Positions 51,001 to 62,842 of a DNA stretch of 64,000 nucleotides are shown here, in pieces. Numbering within the stretch: position 1 is the first letter of the stretch; each line of letters begins with the position of its first letter. Under the pieces are notes generated by a model. That model was not told the DNA's origin. It saw nothing but the letters and a program-made list of their open reading frames with translations, and did not search any database. The stretch comes from Ramazzottius varieornatus. Taxonomy: Eukaryota; Animalia; Tardigrada. Both the position numbers and the translations under genes were made by a program. The stretch lies in contig BDGG01000010.1 in assembly GCA_001949185.1 (NCBI GenBank), positions 597,337 to 661,336 on the forward strand, written 5' to 3'.

Positions 51001-51176
51001 GATCGTTCGGTGCTGCCTGTTCCGGTCGTGGTTCGCAGTCGGCTGGGAAACCTTTCCTGACGCTCCAGTAACTCCGCTTCACCTCCGTCCGCTGTGTCGG
51101 AACTTGGCGAACTGTTCTCTTTGACTTCGGCTTTCGTCGGTGTCAATTTCATACTGAGGATCTGCTTCCGCTGCAT
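36026..51176 (-). CDS. RIMBP2: RIM-binding protein (RIMBP2-like): N-terminal coiled coil, SH3, 3xFN3, SH3, SH3; linkage of the 5' exons (>50000) across the ~8 kb intron is inferred
   Basis: SH3-1 [55 protein letters not shown]; FN3 repeats 39600-38540; SH3-2 at 36980-36730; SH3-3 MIAKYDY..SPNPD..ELSFKKGD..GLVPSNYL. Coiled-coil exons at 41931-41809 and 51176-50460. Confidence 0.88.
43380..43592. mobile_element. MITE (family B), ~213 bp, ~60-bp TIRs, in the large RIMBP intron
   Basis: tgggcaaggttcctcagaagtctggggtcatagcgtagaggcacag versus reverse complement of right end tgggcaaagttcctcagaagtctggagtcacggcgtagaggcatag; related copy at 57692. Confidence 0.8.
46226..46295. repeat. Perfect 2x35-bp tandem duplication seeded on a (TA)n tract
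   Basis: atatatatatatctgtgagagtaactttttttcgt occurs twice in succession. Confidence 0.95.
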
Positions 51177-52158
51177 TCTTCGATCGGCTGAACTTCGATA
51201 TCCTCAAAAAACTTCACGTAGTTTCGTACAAGTTGTCTCGAACCTGAGTAGGCTACACGACGGTTGGCGGAAAGATAATCCAGAAACAAATCAGAAAAAG
51301 TTCCGGAAATCTGACCGTCGATTTCGGCAGAGAAAGGCCACGGAGGACTTTGGAACAGTGCACCACATTCCGCAACAAGATGCGGCACTAAATCATTCTT
51401 TACCGCCACCAACCTCGCTTTGTCAGCAACAAAACCAGAAATTACTGCCGACACTAGAAGAATTTAATCAAACACTTGTGCAGTCACGACGGCCAGCCCA
51501 AATACTTCTCGATACTTGAAGGTGGGGTAGATTACCAACAGCCACGGAAGAAGCGGTGGTTTGGTACCTTCGGGCCATCTTGGCGATTATGGTGCAACAG
51601 GTATCGCAAGTACGCTCACGAAGTCCATTAGCGCTAGTCCATCGATCATAACCGGTCGGTATTTTCTCTCACGTAAGTCCACGTACGTTCAATATGCAGA
51701 AGCGCGGACACACTTCACTGCTCGAATACAATACTTGTTGTGTGGCGATGTGTTGCTAAACAGTTGGACCACCGTCTAGACAAAATCAAAAAGCAGTCTC
51801 TACAGAACAGAAGATTTTCGCCACGACGTACCGTAAAAATTCGCTGTATCCGGCACCTACGGATACGCAGACCATCCCTGCAGGCCGTGCAGATTTACCC
51901 CTCAACCACCCAGGGAACATTCCCGTGCGAGCCGTACTGTGCACGATACAGCGAATTTTTACAGTAACTGTGGGCTAAGAGCCTGATGTGCGGTGAGTGT
52001 TTTCATCTCCTCCTTTCAGATCATCAATATCGCAGTTTACTACAATGATGTTTGTCAATCTAGTGTTTCCTTACAATCATTCTTCATACTTCGCTTTAAT
52101 CTATATAGTCTTCGCGGGCATTTGAACTAGAGAAAAAAGGACCATCTGCGACACTCGG

Positions 52159-54192
52159 TCAAATTGTCCCGTAAAACTGGCGCAGAAAGTTTAACACACC
52201 AGACTCGTTCCATGAAATCAAAGACGAATGCGTGTTCGACTCGCGGCAATCATAGCACTGGTTCAGCGTTGGAAAGTACTGTTTCGGATGGGCCGGGTCC
52301 TCCGAGTAATCTCCAGCCAGCCTCATATTTACATTGTTATGGGTCCTCCACAGGTACAGTACCGCTTCAGACGGCGACGCGAACTCAGTGTTCCGCTGGT
52401 AGTTCCTCACTGCCGACATGAGATGTCTCGAGCACTCTTGACACGAGAAGAAGTGTTCAACATACCCAAAGATGGCCGTCAAGACTCCATCTGGACCTAG
52501 CGCGTTCGTATTCACCCTACTCTGCATACTATCAATGAAAGCACGAACCGTCATGGTGTGAAAGATTTGCCATAGTCCACAGGGGTACCCGCGCCTGTTG
52601 GGGATACTCGACCGGCAGTGCTTCCATTTGATCCTTCGAGAGGACATGTCGAGTCCGCTTTGTCGAAGGACGCTGAGGACTTCGTTGCCGGAGATGAAGC
52701 TGCGCCTTCGGAGGATATCGTCCAGCGACTGCAACGCTAGTTTCGTGTCTCCCTTCACAGGCAACCACCTCACCGCAGCTCGAGTGAAACTTTGTAGGGC
52801 GGTGTACGCTTTTCCAGAAATGTCGCCTTGGCGGCCAACTTCGTTGACGAGGGCGTACACAATGGCTGAGTCGAGGTCCTGAACGTCCGCTTTTTGAGGT
52901 GTCTTTGGCGCAGGTGGGAGCTGGAAAGAGTTGATGTTGGAGGATTCGGCCAGCTGCATGTAGGAGCGTTGGATAGGGTATCTTTGTGGAGAAGGAAGCG
53001 TTTCGGGACTGTGGTCGTAGGCGGGTCGGCGGTAAGGACGACGTGGGATGTGTTGCCGGTTGGTCAACTCGACGTCCGCCCGCAGGATAGCTTCAGAGAA
53101 AGCTTCCACGGGATCTTTCGATCGAAACGCGTCCAGACCTACAAAAATTATCTCTGATGGAATTGTAATACAGCGTTTAGATGAAAGCACTCGTAGAAAA
53201 TATGCAGAGTGTGTGTGTGTGTGTGTCTTGTCATTTATCTTTGCACTAATCTTCTTATACAGTACTGGTGGTTGAAAGTTTCCAAGTATCAGATCGCATA
53301 AAAATTTCGAGATTCCACTTCGCATTTCTCTTATAATATTTTTCGGGCATAAAATGAAATAATTACGCTGAAGTCTGAGCTGGTTACGCTTCTTGTTTCG
53401 ATCGATCAACAGCGCAATGACCAGGTTGAACTTGCCCAGTGTTCCATGTTGACCAGGAAGGTGTCGGTCCAGGAACACGATTGCCGGTAATTTTTCATTC
53501 AAATTCCACCTCTCCGTCAGCATTCGATTGCTCGCACTCGCTCTCCGCACAGCAAGAGAGTGTAAATTCGGCAACAGGTGCATGATGCTTTCCTTCCCAA
53601 TATGCGATCCGATGGGTTCGATGATAACCGCTAACGCTGTCACAGACATCGGCACTGTACTCCAGAGTTGCGTAACCGACTGCTCCGGCACCGTCTGAAG
53701 TTCCGCTGGTCGCTTGTTGGTCTCCAGCACGTCTAACACATCCTTTACAAGGTCTTCTAAAGACTCCTTCACTTGGAAGACAGCTCCCTGGCTCGAGACG
53801 TGCGAATGCGGGGCGAAGGAACGTATAGCCGGTGTACCCAGGATGTTGAACCGGATGCACAGATCTCGGTTCTCTTCGTATGCGCAGTCGACTGCACCAA
53901 TACGCAGAAACTGGTCCCAGTGCTGGCTCTTGTTCCCAAGAGCCTTGTATGTACGGGAAAACTTGATGCAGTGACCGCACCATGAGTTGTAGAACTGGAT
54001 GATCCAGGTGAGATCTTCTGTGTAGGTTAGCTGGTTGCCGGCGTATTGGCTGAAGACCGAATAGTCGAAGTTTTCTTGGTCCAACACTTTGATTCCGGCG
54101 TCGTATGGTTCGTACAGTCCCCAGCATCCATGGATGAAGACGTAGAAGAAACAAAAAGCGAAAAAGATCCACTTGTAAAACTTCGGGGCCAT
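52159..54192 (-). CDS. QSOX: Quiescin sulfhydryl oxidase (QSOX), probably 2 exons, soluble form without a C-terminal TM helix
   Basis: Signal peptide from MAPKF (54192); thioredoxin FYNSWCGHC; Erv domain RGYPCGLWQIFH, FFSCQECSRH, LWRTHNNVNMRLAGDYSEDP; CYDC. Confidence 0.95.
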   Translation of the reverse strand: MAPKFYKWIFFAFCFFYVFIHGCWGLYEPYDAGIKVLDQENFDYSVFSQYAGNQLTYTEDLTWIIQFYNSWCGHCIKFSRTYKALGNKSQHWDQFLRIGAVDCAYEENRDLCIRFNILGTPAIRSFAPHSHVSSQGAVFQVKESLEDLVKDVLDVLETNKRPAELQTVPEQSVTQLWSTVPMSVTALAVIIEPIGSHIGKESIMHLLPNLHSLAVRRASASNRMLTERWNLNEKLPAIVFLDRHLPGQHGTLGKFNLVIALLIDRNKKRNQLRLQRNYFILCPKNIIREMRSGISKFLCDLILGNFQPPVLYKKISAKINDKTHTHTHSAYFLRVLSSKRCITIPSEIIFVGLDAFRSKDPVEAFSEAILRADVELTNRQHIPRRPYRRPAYDHSPETLPSPQRYPIQRSYMQLAESSNINSFQLPPAPKTPQKADVQDLDSAIVYALVNEVGRQGDISGKAYTALQSFTRAAVRWLPVKGDTKLALQSLDDILRRRSFISGNEVLSVLRQSGLDMSSRRIKWKHCRSSIPNRRGYPCGLWQIFHTMTVRAFIDSMQSRVNTNALGPDGVLTAIFGYVEHFFSCQECSRHLMSAVRNYQRNTEFASPSEAVLYLWRTHNNVNMRLAGDYSEDPAHPKQYFPTLNQCYDCRESNTHSSLISWNESGVLNFLRQFYGTI
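53209..53226. repeat. (GT)9 microsatellite inside the inferred QSOX intron
   Basis: gtgtgtgtgtgtgtgtgt. Confidence 0.95.
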
Positions 54193-54806
54193 AATTATCC
54201 CCGTGGAGGAAAAGCTCAGACTGTAGAAGAGAGGAAACTTCCCCACGCTGAACTGCTTGCTCGTCCAGACATGCTGGCGAAACAGAAAGCCCCTCCGTCG
54301 ATAGAATAACACTGTTCTAGAAACAGCGAGTCCAAAGGTCAACCAAGCCAAAAGTGACGATAATTCAACGGTTCGATCGGTCAGGCGATATCTAACCAGT
54401 AAGAGTTTTGAAGACCAGTACAACAGTCAGCCGATTGGATCGCAAACCTTGAAAAAGAATATAATAACCAGAAGTCTTCGTTCGAGTCCAAAGATCTGTA
54501 AACTGATGGTGCGAGCTCTGTCGGACAGCGAGTATTGAAGGCCTATCTGCCTTACTGACCACTGCCCATCTGGGTTCCCGAAACAGTGGCGCCCCGTTCA
54601 GATAGAGCGCGCACAAGAATGCAGGTGCAAGATATGCGCGAATCCTGTGTGCTGCAGAATGCGCATTTGTTGACACTCGCAGTTCGGAAATTACCAGAAT
54701 CTGGCAACCAGATCGTCTTCCAAAGTTTTTAGCGTTCCATGGTCTGCATTGCCTTTGTACTTTTCCACGTTTGAATCTTACCTTTGTATTCAATGATAGA
54801 AAGATC

Positions 54807-55915
54807 ATGCCATCCTCCTTCTCGCCGTTTAACACGACCAGTGGATCCGTATCGCAGAACATCGCCTTCCCAAATTTTCCGTCGTATTCCGTGTCGTCGC
54901 TGAATCCCTCTTCAAACTCCCAGCCACAAATCTCGGCTGCTCCTCCGCTTGGGCATCCCATTTACCCTCTACCATCGCAGCTGCTTCGGAGGCGTCCGGC
55001 TCCATTTGCAAACACGAATCCGCCATCTGCAATTGAAGGCTTCGTGGACGAAATGGGTGACAAATCAAACCTGTAAGATAATGCCAATCAACGGGGTTGC
55101 TCAATCAACTGCGACACAAACCTCTTATTTTTCAGATTTCCACTTGACCGGAAACGGAAGCTTCGTCCACCCGAGTAAGTCATTTTCCCCTTTCCGAACC
55201 TCTCTCCCGAAGCTACGACGGTTTATCCTTTATTTAGGGAGTTCCGATCTTCAAAAGTCTTCATCACGGAAGCGAAGTTAGCAGCAAGTCTTAGCGACCT
55301 ACAGTTGTCCGGAAGAGACGGAAATGCCTCTGAATCAAGTTCCATTTCCTCGTTCGTCCAGGAAAACCATCTGCCTCCAGACACAGAAACGTGGTACATT
55401 ATTGACGAGCATTATAGGTAGTGTGCTCATTCAATGAGTTCTACCTTTTTTGCAGGAAAAGTTTTCGCGATTCGGAATTTATGGAAGTGGACGAATCGCC
55501 GACAGGTCGACGTGTCTTTCCCCAGCTCGAGATGTCCGAATCCCTGAAAGAGGCCATCCGAAAAGTAGAGCGAGAAGAAGCGGAGATTCTTCCTCCAGAG
55601 ATACTGAATAATATGTAAAGAATTAGAAGATATTTCAATGGCGGAAGCCTGTATGCTAACCTTACGAGCGAGTTGAGCTGGAACTTTGGTATTTTCAGCG
55701 CGCCTGCACCTACCTCGTCCCTTTGCATGGCTATCATCCCCTATGTGCCTCCCGAAGAGCAGCCAGCTTTTCTACCGGACATTCTTTCCCGTCGGCCCTC
55801 GCTCAAAAGGTCGGAATACAGCAGGACGGAAGCCTCAACCTCGCCCAAACGGCAGCACATGCTTAGGCCGCCTTCGAACGAAGATGTCCAAATGATGGGA
55901 CAAGAGATTAATTAG
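54807..55915 (+). CDS. CCDC117-like small protein, ~5 exons
   Basis: Spliced reading: ..DRKRKLRPPEEFRSSKVFITEAKLAASLSDLQL..LEMSESLKEAIRK..EILPPEILNN..SLCMAIIPYVPP. The motif order resembles CCDC117-type proteins; family assignment is from memory only. Confidence 0.55.
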
Positions 55916-56348
55916 TCCGTTTCGGCATGAAATTTATTTGGGAACACAAACGAGCATATCTGTGACTTGCGGAAGGATGTAAACAAACAGTTGAATAAAA
56001 CGAATGGCAATGGAAACGGTAGAAAACAAAGAGGGCGTGGCTGGCAGCATGGATAAAGGTTGGAAATCAGGGTTCAACAGTCTAACATGGATGAAAAATG
56101 ATTATCATCTGAACATAAACTCTTTCGGATAAAGAGTAAAGTGGAAAACAGCAGCACTGGGAAAGTAACTGACGCAAGAAACAGTTCATAAGAGTTGTCA
56201 GGTTCGACTTTGCGCTATATTCTAAATTTGAACTCACACGAAAAGAAAACCGGCGTACCACACAAAAAGTATCTTTCGACGATCGGATACAACAGATGAG
56301 GATAAAACACTTCTCTAAGGGAAATCAGAGTTGACTCTACCCGCAAGT

Positions 56349-59300
56349 CTAGAAGATATCGGGACACATGCTCCAGTCCTGTTTGGCTTTACAGTCCCAA
56401 TATTTACCATTGGTGATCCATATAGGACTTCCGGTCAGCGGGTCCTTCCGTCTCTCGAACCAAACAGGTTCCGTGTAGTGTTTCCTAATCGAAGCCGCTA
56501 CTTCATCAGGAGCTGAAAATAAAAATGAAATCCTACAGTAGTTATAAGCTACAGCACATGTTCCGGATGGACTAGCGCATTCTGGCCGCCATGCGCGACG
56601 TTGTCTGAGACAACACGACTTACGAGTATTTGGGTTTTCCGCGGTGGCTTCCCGATGTTTCCGCGCCGCTCTCTGCTTGTCTTCCAGCTTCTGCTTGTAC
56701 TTGTTGGCTTCGTCCCAGTTGCCCTGTTCCATCAGACGCTGATCGGGACGATTCCGACTGTCTGTCGGTGCAACACCCTCTTCCGGTTCGTTCAACTCGA
56801 GGGCGAACTTGCCAAAGTTGTACATCTTGTCGCTGTTCGGCCTGCAAACATATCTGAATTTTATTCTTTCTGAAAACATCTGAACATGCCGAAAGCCCAT
56901 ATTCAAACTATTCGACTACCCAAACAACAAAATCCGCCATCCATCGCAAACCTGCATACAACGACTTCTATAGCCACTCTGTTGACTTTGTATGCAGGTT
57001 TCTGCACCGCTGGCATATTTTGTTTTCCGACTAGTCAACCGAAAATTCTGGCTTACGGAAGTTGGTTCCTCTTCCACAGCGTGGTAGGCGCATCCGTCTC
57101 GATGACTTCCTTTTTGCTACTGTTGTCTCCCAGGACTTTAGCCACAGCGATGGAGTCGTCCCACGTGCCATTAAGGACATACTTGACGTTTCCGGCTGAA
57201 TCCGTCACTGCGCCAGTAACCTAAAAACAAGACCCATCGTAAATTCTGTATGTCCAAAGTCCCAGTGACACTCATGTCAGCCTGGTGAATAATGAGCGAC
57301 ATTTGAGGCGATAAGGATAAGGCGATAAGGGCTGTATGGATTGACCTACCTTCCTTGGCGTATCGCGTGAGAAGTAGCTGTAGGACGAGTACTTCAACAT
57401 GCAAACATCCCCAGTCTTGTGGTTTTTGATTTCCATGTCACCAGATTGATCAATCCACAGCTTCCCGACAATACTACCAGAGAAAATACAATAAAAACCA
57501 GCTTCTTTCAAAATATTTTCAAACGCCATCCACCCGCCGTCTCTTCCAGTTTCAGAGCAAGTTTCCAAAAACACGTACATGTTGTTCACCGTTGTTGTGA
57601 CTTTCCTCCACGTGTAATGGTTGTCAGTTTTCTGTAAGAAAAATGCATGAAATACGCTCTCTTTCAGTACTAACCAAGCTTTCGAGAAGTAGGCTCTGGG
57701 CAAAGCTCCTCAGGTGGACGGGGCCATGGAGTAGAGATACAGCGAATGGAAAATCAACAACGGCTCGGGGCCGAAACTGAAAATTGTCGGCTTTCATTAT
57801 ACCGGTCCCAACCCTTTCCTTCGGTTTGCCCTGACCCTTACTGAATTTTCACCATCTGTGCCTCTACGCCATGACCCATCCACCTCAGGAGCTTTCCCCA
57901 GAGCCCAAATATCTAACGTTTTCCGGACGAATTGCCTTCGTACTGTTCGGGAATGTCGTACTTCATATTTTACCGTTCTTCAGTACTATCTGAACTGGCC
58001 TGCAACTCTACTAAAATCAAAACAACCAATGCAATTAGATGTTCTTCGGTGGACTTACGCGAAAGACAAGGTGAGTAATTCCCAGCGGGATCACTTGCAG
58101 ATATTTCCCTCTGAATTTGGTGGAAGCCGTGAACTCTTGCCAGCAGACCCAGTCCTTCGATTCGACATGCTGAGCCACCATCGGGGGATGATGACTGACC
58201 TGGCAAAATAGACAACTCATTAGTCACCATCAACTCGATCATTCACATCCTTTCCTCACGTGCGCCACCATCCCATTTTCTCGTGTTGGTTCTGCACTCT
58301 TCTTACCTGTTCTCCGATGGCTCTCCAGCCAAAGTCCTCTCGTCGGTCAAACTCGAAGGTCTCGCCCAGCATGGGGTTGAAGGGCTTGTTGGTCCGTACC
58401 GCCGTGGTGGCATACGAAGACACGGTGAAGGACGCCACGTAGGCCATCTGCTCAAAGTGATCGTCCACTGCCGCAGCGCGGTCCAAAATGTCCGAGTACT
58501 CGAAGTCTTCTGTCAGACGCTGAATCATCGAAAGTGGCTCACTGAAATTCACCTACATAGGAGCAAAACCGGAATAAATTGGGAGCCCGGCAAACGAACT
58601 CGACGAGAATGCTTCCTCAAAGTAGCGCAACTATTCGGTGTTATTTGCTGGGAGAGTGCGCCACTTGGAAACACAATCTGATCGAGTTTGCCTGGGTTCC
58701 AGTTAGTCTTCCAGGAAGCACTCTCGACACAATTAGTCTCAATCTTATCCTTGATGAATATTACAGCAAAGCCTCAGTCAAGGAAATCTGAACGAGATCA
58801 ATGGCCTCACCAAATCCAGGATCGTCTCCGAAATGTGTCGAAGGTTGAGCCAGAAAGGCACAAAAATACGGTAAGCTAATCCTTTCCTCATTCGAGAAGA
58901 GCATTCACCCATTCCAAGAAAAGCCACGGATGTCATGACTAGCCCACCCACCTCCACATCGCGCGTGTGGGAGCCCAACCCTCACATCCTTTCGACAGTG
59001 GCCCGCTTTCCAGAGTTTATCATATTCAACCGGAAGTCGATTTGGTTTTGTGTTTTATGAATCAATAAATTCTTCGTTTCAAAAATCTCATGAATATTTA
59101 CCGGCATGGGGATCTTGGACAGGTCTCGACCAATGCAGTTCTTCATGATGCTCCACAAGCTCAGGCTGGCAGTGGGTCTGAACGGGATGGCCGTCCTTCG
59201 AGGCCGGCCACGCGACTTCCGGTCGGTAGTGAATGTGGCAGGCACATTTCGGAAGTCAGCCTACAGAGCAAACCACGCCACACATCACATTACATCCTCA

Positions 59301-62300
59301 ATTCCATGGTTATCAAAACAACACTCCAGTGCAGACTTGGCACAACGCGCCCGTACTCGACATTGAAAGTGGTACGAATAGACGGGGTTTTGGGCTTACC
59401 TCATTGATGCCCTGAAGTGCTCGTTTGGAAGATCCCACTGGCGGGGCATTCTTGCGCGTGATAACACTAATCTGCCGTTCTTGTCGCTGCATCTTGTCAT
59501 CAGTCTCTTCGTCCGAATCGGCCATGTTGGAGATGTCCGCGTTTTCGTTATTCAAACTCATGCTGCTCTCCGTTCGCCTGTAAACACCACACATCAACTG
59601 TAGAAAAAATCATCATGCTCGTACTGTAGGTTGCCGCTTTGTTCGCAATGGACGTATAACCCCCCCAAAAAAACTCAAAATTTATAGAGTGCCGCAAATT
59701 AACAAGAAAATTCCGAGAAAAATAGTCTTCATTTTTTTCCGAAAATATCACACTTCTCGTTAGGGTTTTACGCTCACCTTCCGTTAAAAATACGACACCG
59801 GTCTTACTTGTGAGTTCTGATGAACGAAGGCTGGCCTTCCGGCGTCGGCACAGACACCGATACTACAAATTCCTCCGGAAACTGATCCACCGCGTCGAAG
59901 AACTCATCCTCGTCCGAAGGACCTGCACAAACCATCCCATGTTATACGTTGACTCTATCTTCCCATCTCCCGTCATCCAACACTTCAATAGGTACAACTA
60001 ATCACCAGAAGCCCGCAGTCAGGTGTCGAACAAGCCAGCAACAACAACGGAAGACCGGTACTTCACACTATACTATTCCAAACGAAGCAAGACAAGGCTT
60101 CTCCCAGCCAGCTGTCACATCACAAGTGCCGAATATCAAGACCCAAAATATCGCAGACTCGACTAAAATTCAAATGCGGTACCACACATGCAAACTCAGA
60201 CTTAACATACTACAAAACGAACTGTCACACGCATCTCTTTTTTCTAGATACCAGAAGAAAAAGAAGCAGCACAGCCTGTATGCATCACACCCGTTGCACC
60301 ACTCATTCCTCATACGGTTGCTTAGTCATATGTTCTGACACACAACAGATCCAGCACGAGGAAGAATATCTTTTACACTCCGTCAGGCACATGCATATTA
60401 TCGATAAGACTTGAACTCAGATTACACTACACCGTTATTCTTCCTTACCTGTGGGGACGCCCTTGGCGGTCGATCCGCTCGTCGATACCTGCTGCATGAA
60501 GGAGGATACCTTGGCGCTTTCGGCCTTGGCCGCTTCCTCCAGGTTGCTGTGTTGCTTAGCGAGCTGTTCCACCATCTCGGCCAGGCGCGTGCGCTGGTCG
60601 TGCTCGTGTCCCAGCATCTTTTGCCACTTTTTGCCTTCTGCTTGGGCCATCACCACAAACTCCTTCGACGCCTGTTGGAAGATACAAGAACACCTTCACG
60701 TTAGTCTCCGCAGTCCTTGCTGGTGCATTGGGTACATTATCGATTTCGCATACGCCGGATGAATACGACCTGGTTACGCTATGGCATTAGCGGATTTGGT
60801 CATGCTGTACCGTATCTTTCCCTTTCCGTCAAGCTCGTCGGTGTACGTAACACTTCATTTCCGCTTGAATTGAAGATGAATGGACTGTGTACGTAACTTA
60901 CACCGATAAACATCAAGCCGAAGGTCGATTTCAAAAGTAATTTCTTTCACCGACGTACGACGCATCGTGCATCGCTCTATTCTGTCCCATCTGTTACGCA
61001 CTTCTGAACTATATTCACACTTCGCTCTGGAAAGACTCCTGTGGAACGACTTCGTATACGGGAACCGGAAATCGTTTCCCTTCGCCATTGAACATGTTCA
61101 TACTCTTGGTCGTGTTGCGTGCTTGCTTTTGGTACAATGGAAAATTATGCAAGCGAATGAGCGCCTGTTAAGTCCAGGAAAAATTAATATGGATTTTCAC
61201 CATGCTGTTCCGGTGGATTCCGGTTGGAAAAAAAGTTCTCCGCCAGGTTTCGCATGATCCTAGACTACCAGAGGGGTTAATTACTATCCAGGTGTCGAAC
61301 TAGCAATCAAAGATCGGGTCGCAAAGTCACAGGTTTCTGTTTGATCATAGACATTCATGATCACCCGATAAAGCGGCCAGGTAACAAATCAATAACGTTC
61401 CCACCTCAATGCATCACTGCCAACAGTATATCAAGCCCGTTAAAGCCGCCGAGGCAGCACCAGGCAGTGTAATCCGAGTACCACAACGAGTACTACCTCG
61501 ATTATCGCTTGGGGACAACTTACACCGAAGTGAGCGATCATGAGCCAAGCTTAAAATACAAGTTCGACTTACGTTCAACAAAGCCGAGCTGGTAAGGCGA
61601 AACAGTGTCGCTCGTTCCACCACCGCTTTGGCTTTCGAGTTGGCTTCCGCCGGGATGTTCACACTTTCCAGATCGGCGATTAAACCCTGCAGAGAGCGTC
61701 CCTGTTTGGAGATCTGCTCGTAGCAGGCATTCAGCTCGTCGATCTTGAGATTCAGGTTCCTGATGACGCCCTGCAGATCGTCTTTCGAGGAGACGTCCAC
61801 GTCGTCGTCGTCTTCTGCACGGGAAGCAAAACTATACTTTACAAGATAGAAGCTTGGCAAACAAAGTCGATCAGATCATTTTTCCAAGTGGCGCAGGTTG
61901 TCGGTGATTGGCCGGAAGCATGCGCCGCTTGGGAAAAACGTTACTACCGGCTTTGCTTTTCGCGGCGCACGCTGCCGGGGCTTTCGGCTAGAAGAGCGCG
62001 CCACTTGGAAAAAAGATATGGTTGACTTCGTTTGTCGAGCTGCTAGACAAGTTCTTTTGAGGGAAGAAAGATAGGTGGAATACAGACCTAGATCTGCCTC
62101 GTTACCTGACGAATCGTCCCCCTTGCCAGCACGGGTTTTGGCCAGCTCGATGGCCGTCACCCAGCGTTGTCGTTCGACTTCGGACGAGGCCTTGAGATGG
62201 AATGTCTGATCGCCGGGCTTGTGGATGGCAAAACTGTAGCTTTCTTCGGTTGAGACGGAAGCACCCTTCAAACGGATGGAACCGCGTGGATGAGCGGGAA

Positions 62301-62842
62301 CGTCCGATGGAGATCTGCAAAGAGATGACGATCTCATGGCAAAGGTCAGAGAGATCTACACTGCGGGATGAAACTCCAAAGAGGAAGCACGCTCTGGAAC
62401 AGTGACCATTCTAACAAGCTGGATACCAGGCAAAACAACCTCCAACCACACCACGTGACGTAAAGTCGACTACAAATTGGCTCAACCAACATGACCACGA
62501 CGTCACTATACCCAGTTTAGACGGAAGCATATAGTCAGCTGATTCAAAAGCCAAATTTGATCAGTGAATCAAGCATTGAATCGTGGCTACTAATTACCGC
62601 CTACGACTATTGATTCAGTTTTAAATGGATAATTTGGGATAATTTTACCTGAAGTACATCAGCACCGTCTTGGAGAGAACAAAATAGCGCTTTTGATATC
62701 CTTTGAGATAGTTGGTCCACTTAAGGAGATATCCCCGCATATCGGGATCGCCCTTGGCGTTAACATTATCCACCGAACCATCCTGGCTGGAAGAGGCCAT
62801 GGAGCTCCGTCCGCTGGACTTGTGAGCTTCAAGGGGCATCAT
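56349..62842 (-). CDS. OSBP: Oxysterol-binding protein (PH + FFAT + ORD), multi-exon; exact start Met uncertain
   Basis: PH GYLLKWTNYLKGYQKRYFVL and ERQRWVTAIELAK; FFAT DEDEFFDAVD (~59890-59915); SLWSIMKNCIGRDLSKIPMPVNFSEPLSMIQRLTED; KPFNPMLGETFE; EQVSHHPP; PTDSRNRPDQR; ends CPDIF*. Confidence 0.97.
57692..57905. mobile_element. MITE (family B), second copy, in an OSBP intron
   Basis: ggctctgggcaaagctcctcaggtggacggggccatggagtagagatacag versus reverse complement of right end ggctctggggaaagctcctgaggtggatgggtcatggcgtagaggcacag. Confidence 0.8.
58589..58695. repeat. Family A palindromic element in an OSBP intron
   Basis: ggcaaacgaactcgacgag..aagtagcgcaa-N25-gtgcgccacttggaaac..tcgagtttgcc. Confidence 0.8.
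61851..62041. repeat. Family A palindromic element, tandem dimer, in an OSBP intron
   Basis: agcttggcaaacaaagtcgatcagatcatttttccaagtggcgcag-N23-atgcgccgcttggg..gcggcgcac-N25-gcgcgccacttggaaaaaagatatggttgacttcgtttgtcgagct. Confidence 0.85.

Noticed and set aside
54193-54423. N-terminal 77 aa of the 754-aa QSOX ORF
   Set aside because: It begins at a non-ATG codon; the first ATG (54192) is directly followed by a signal peptide.
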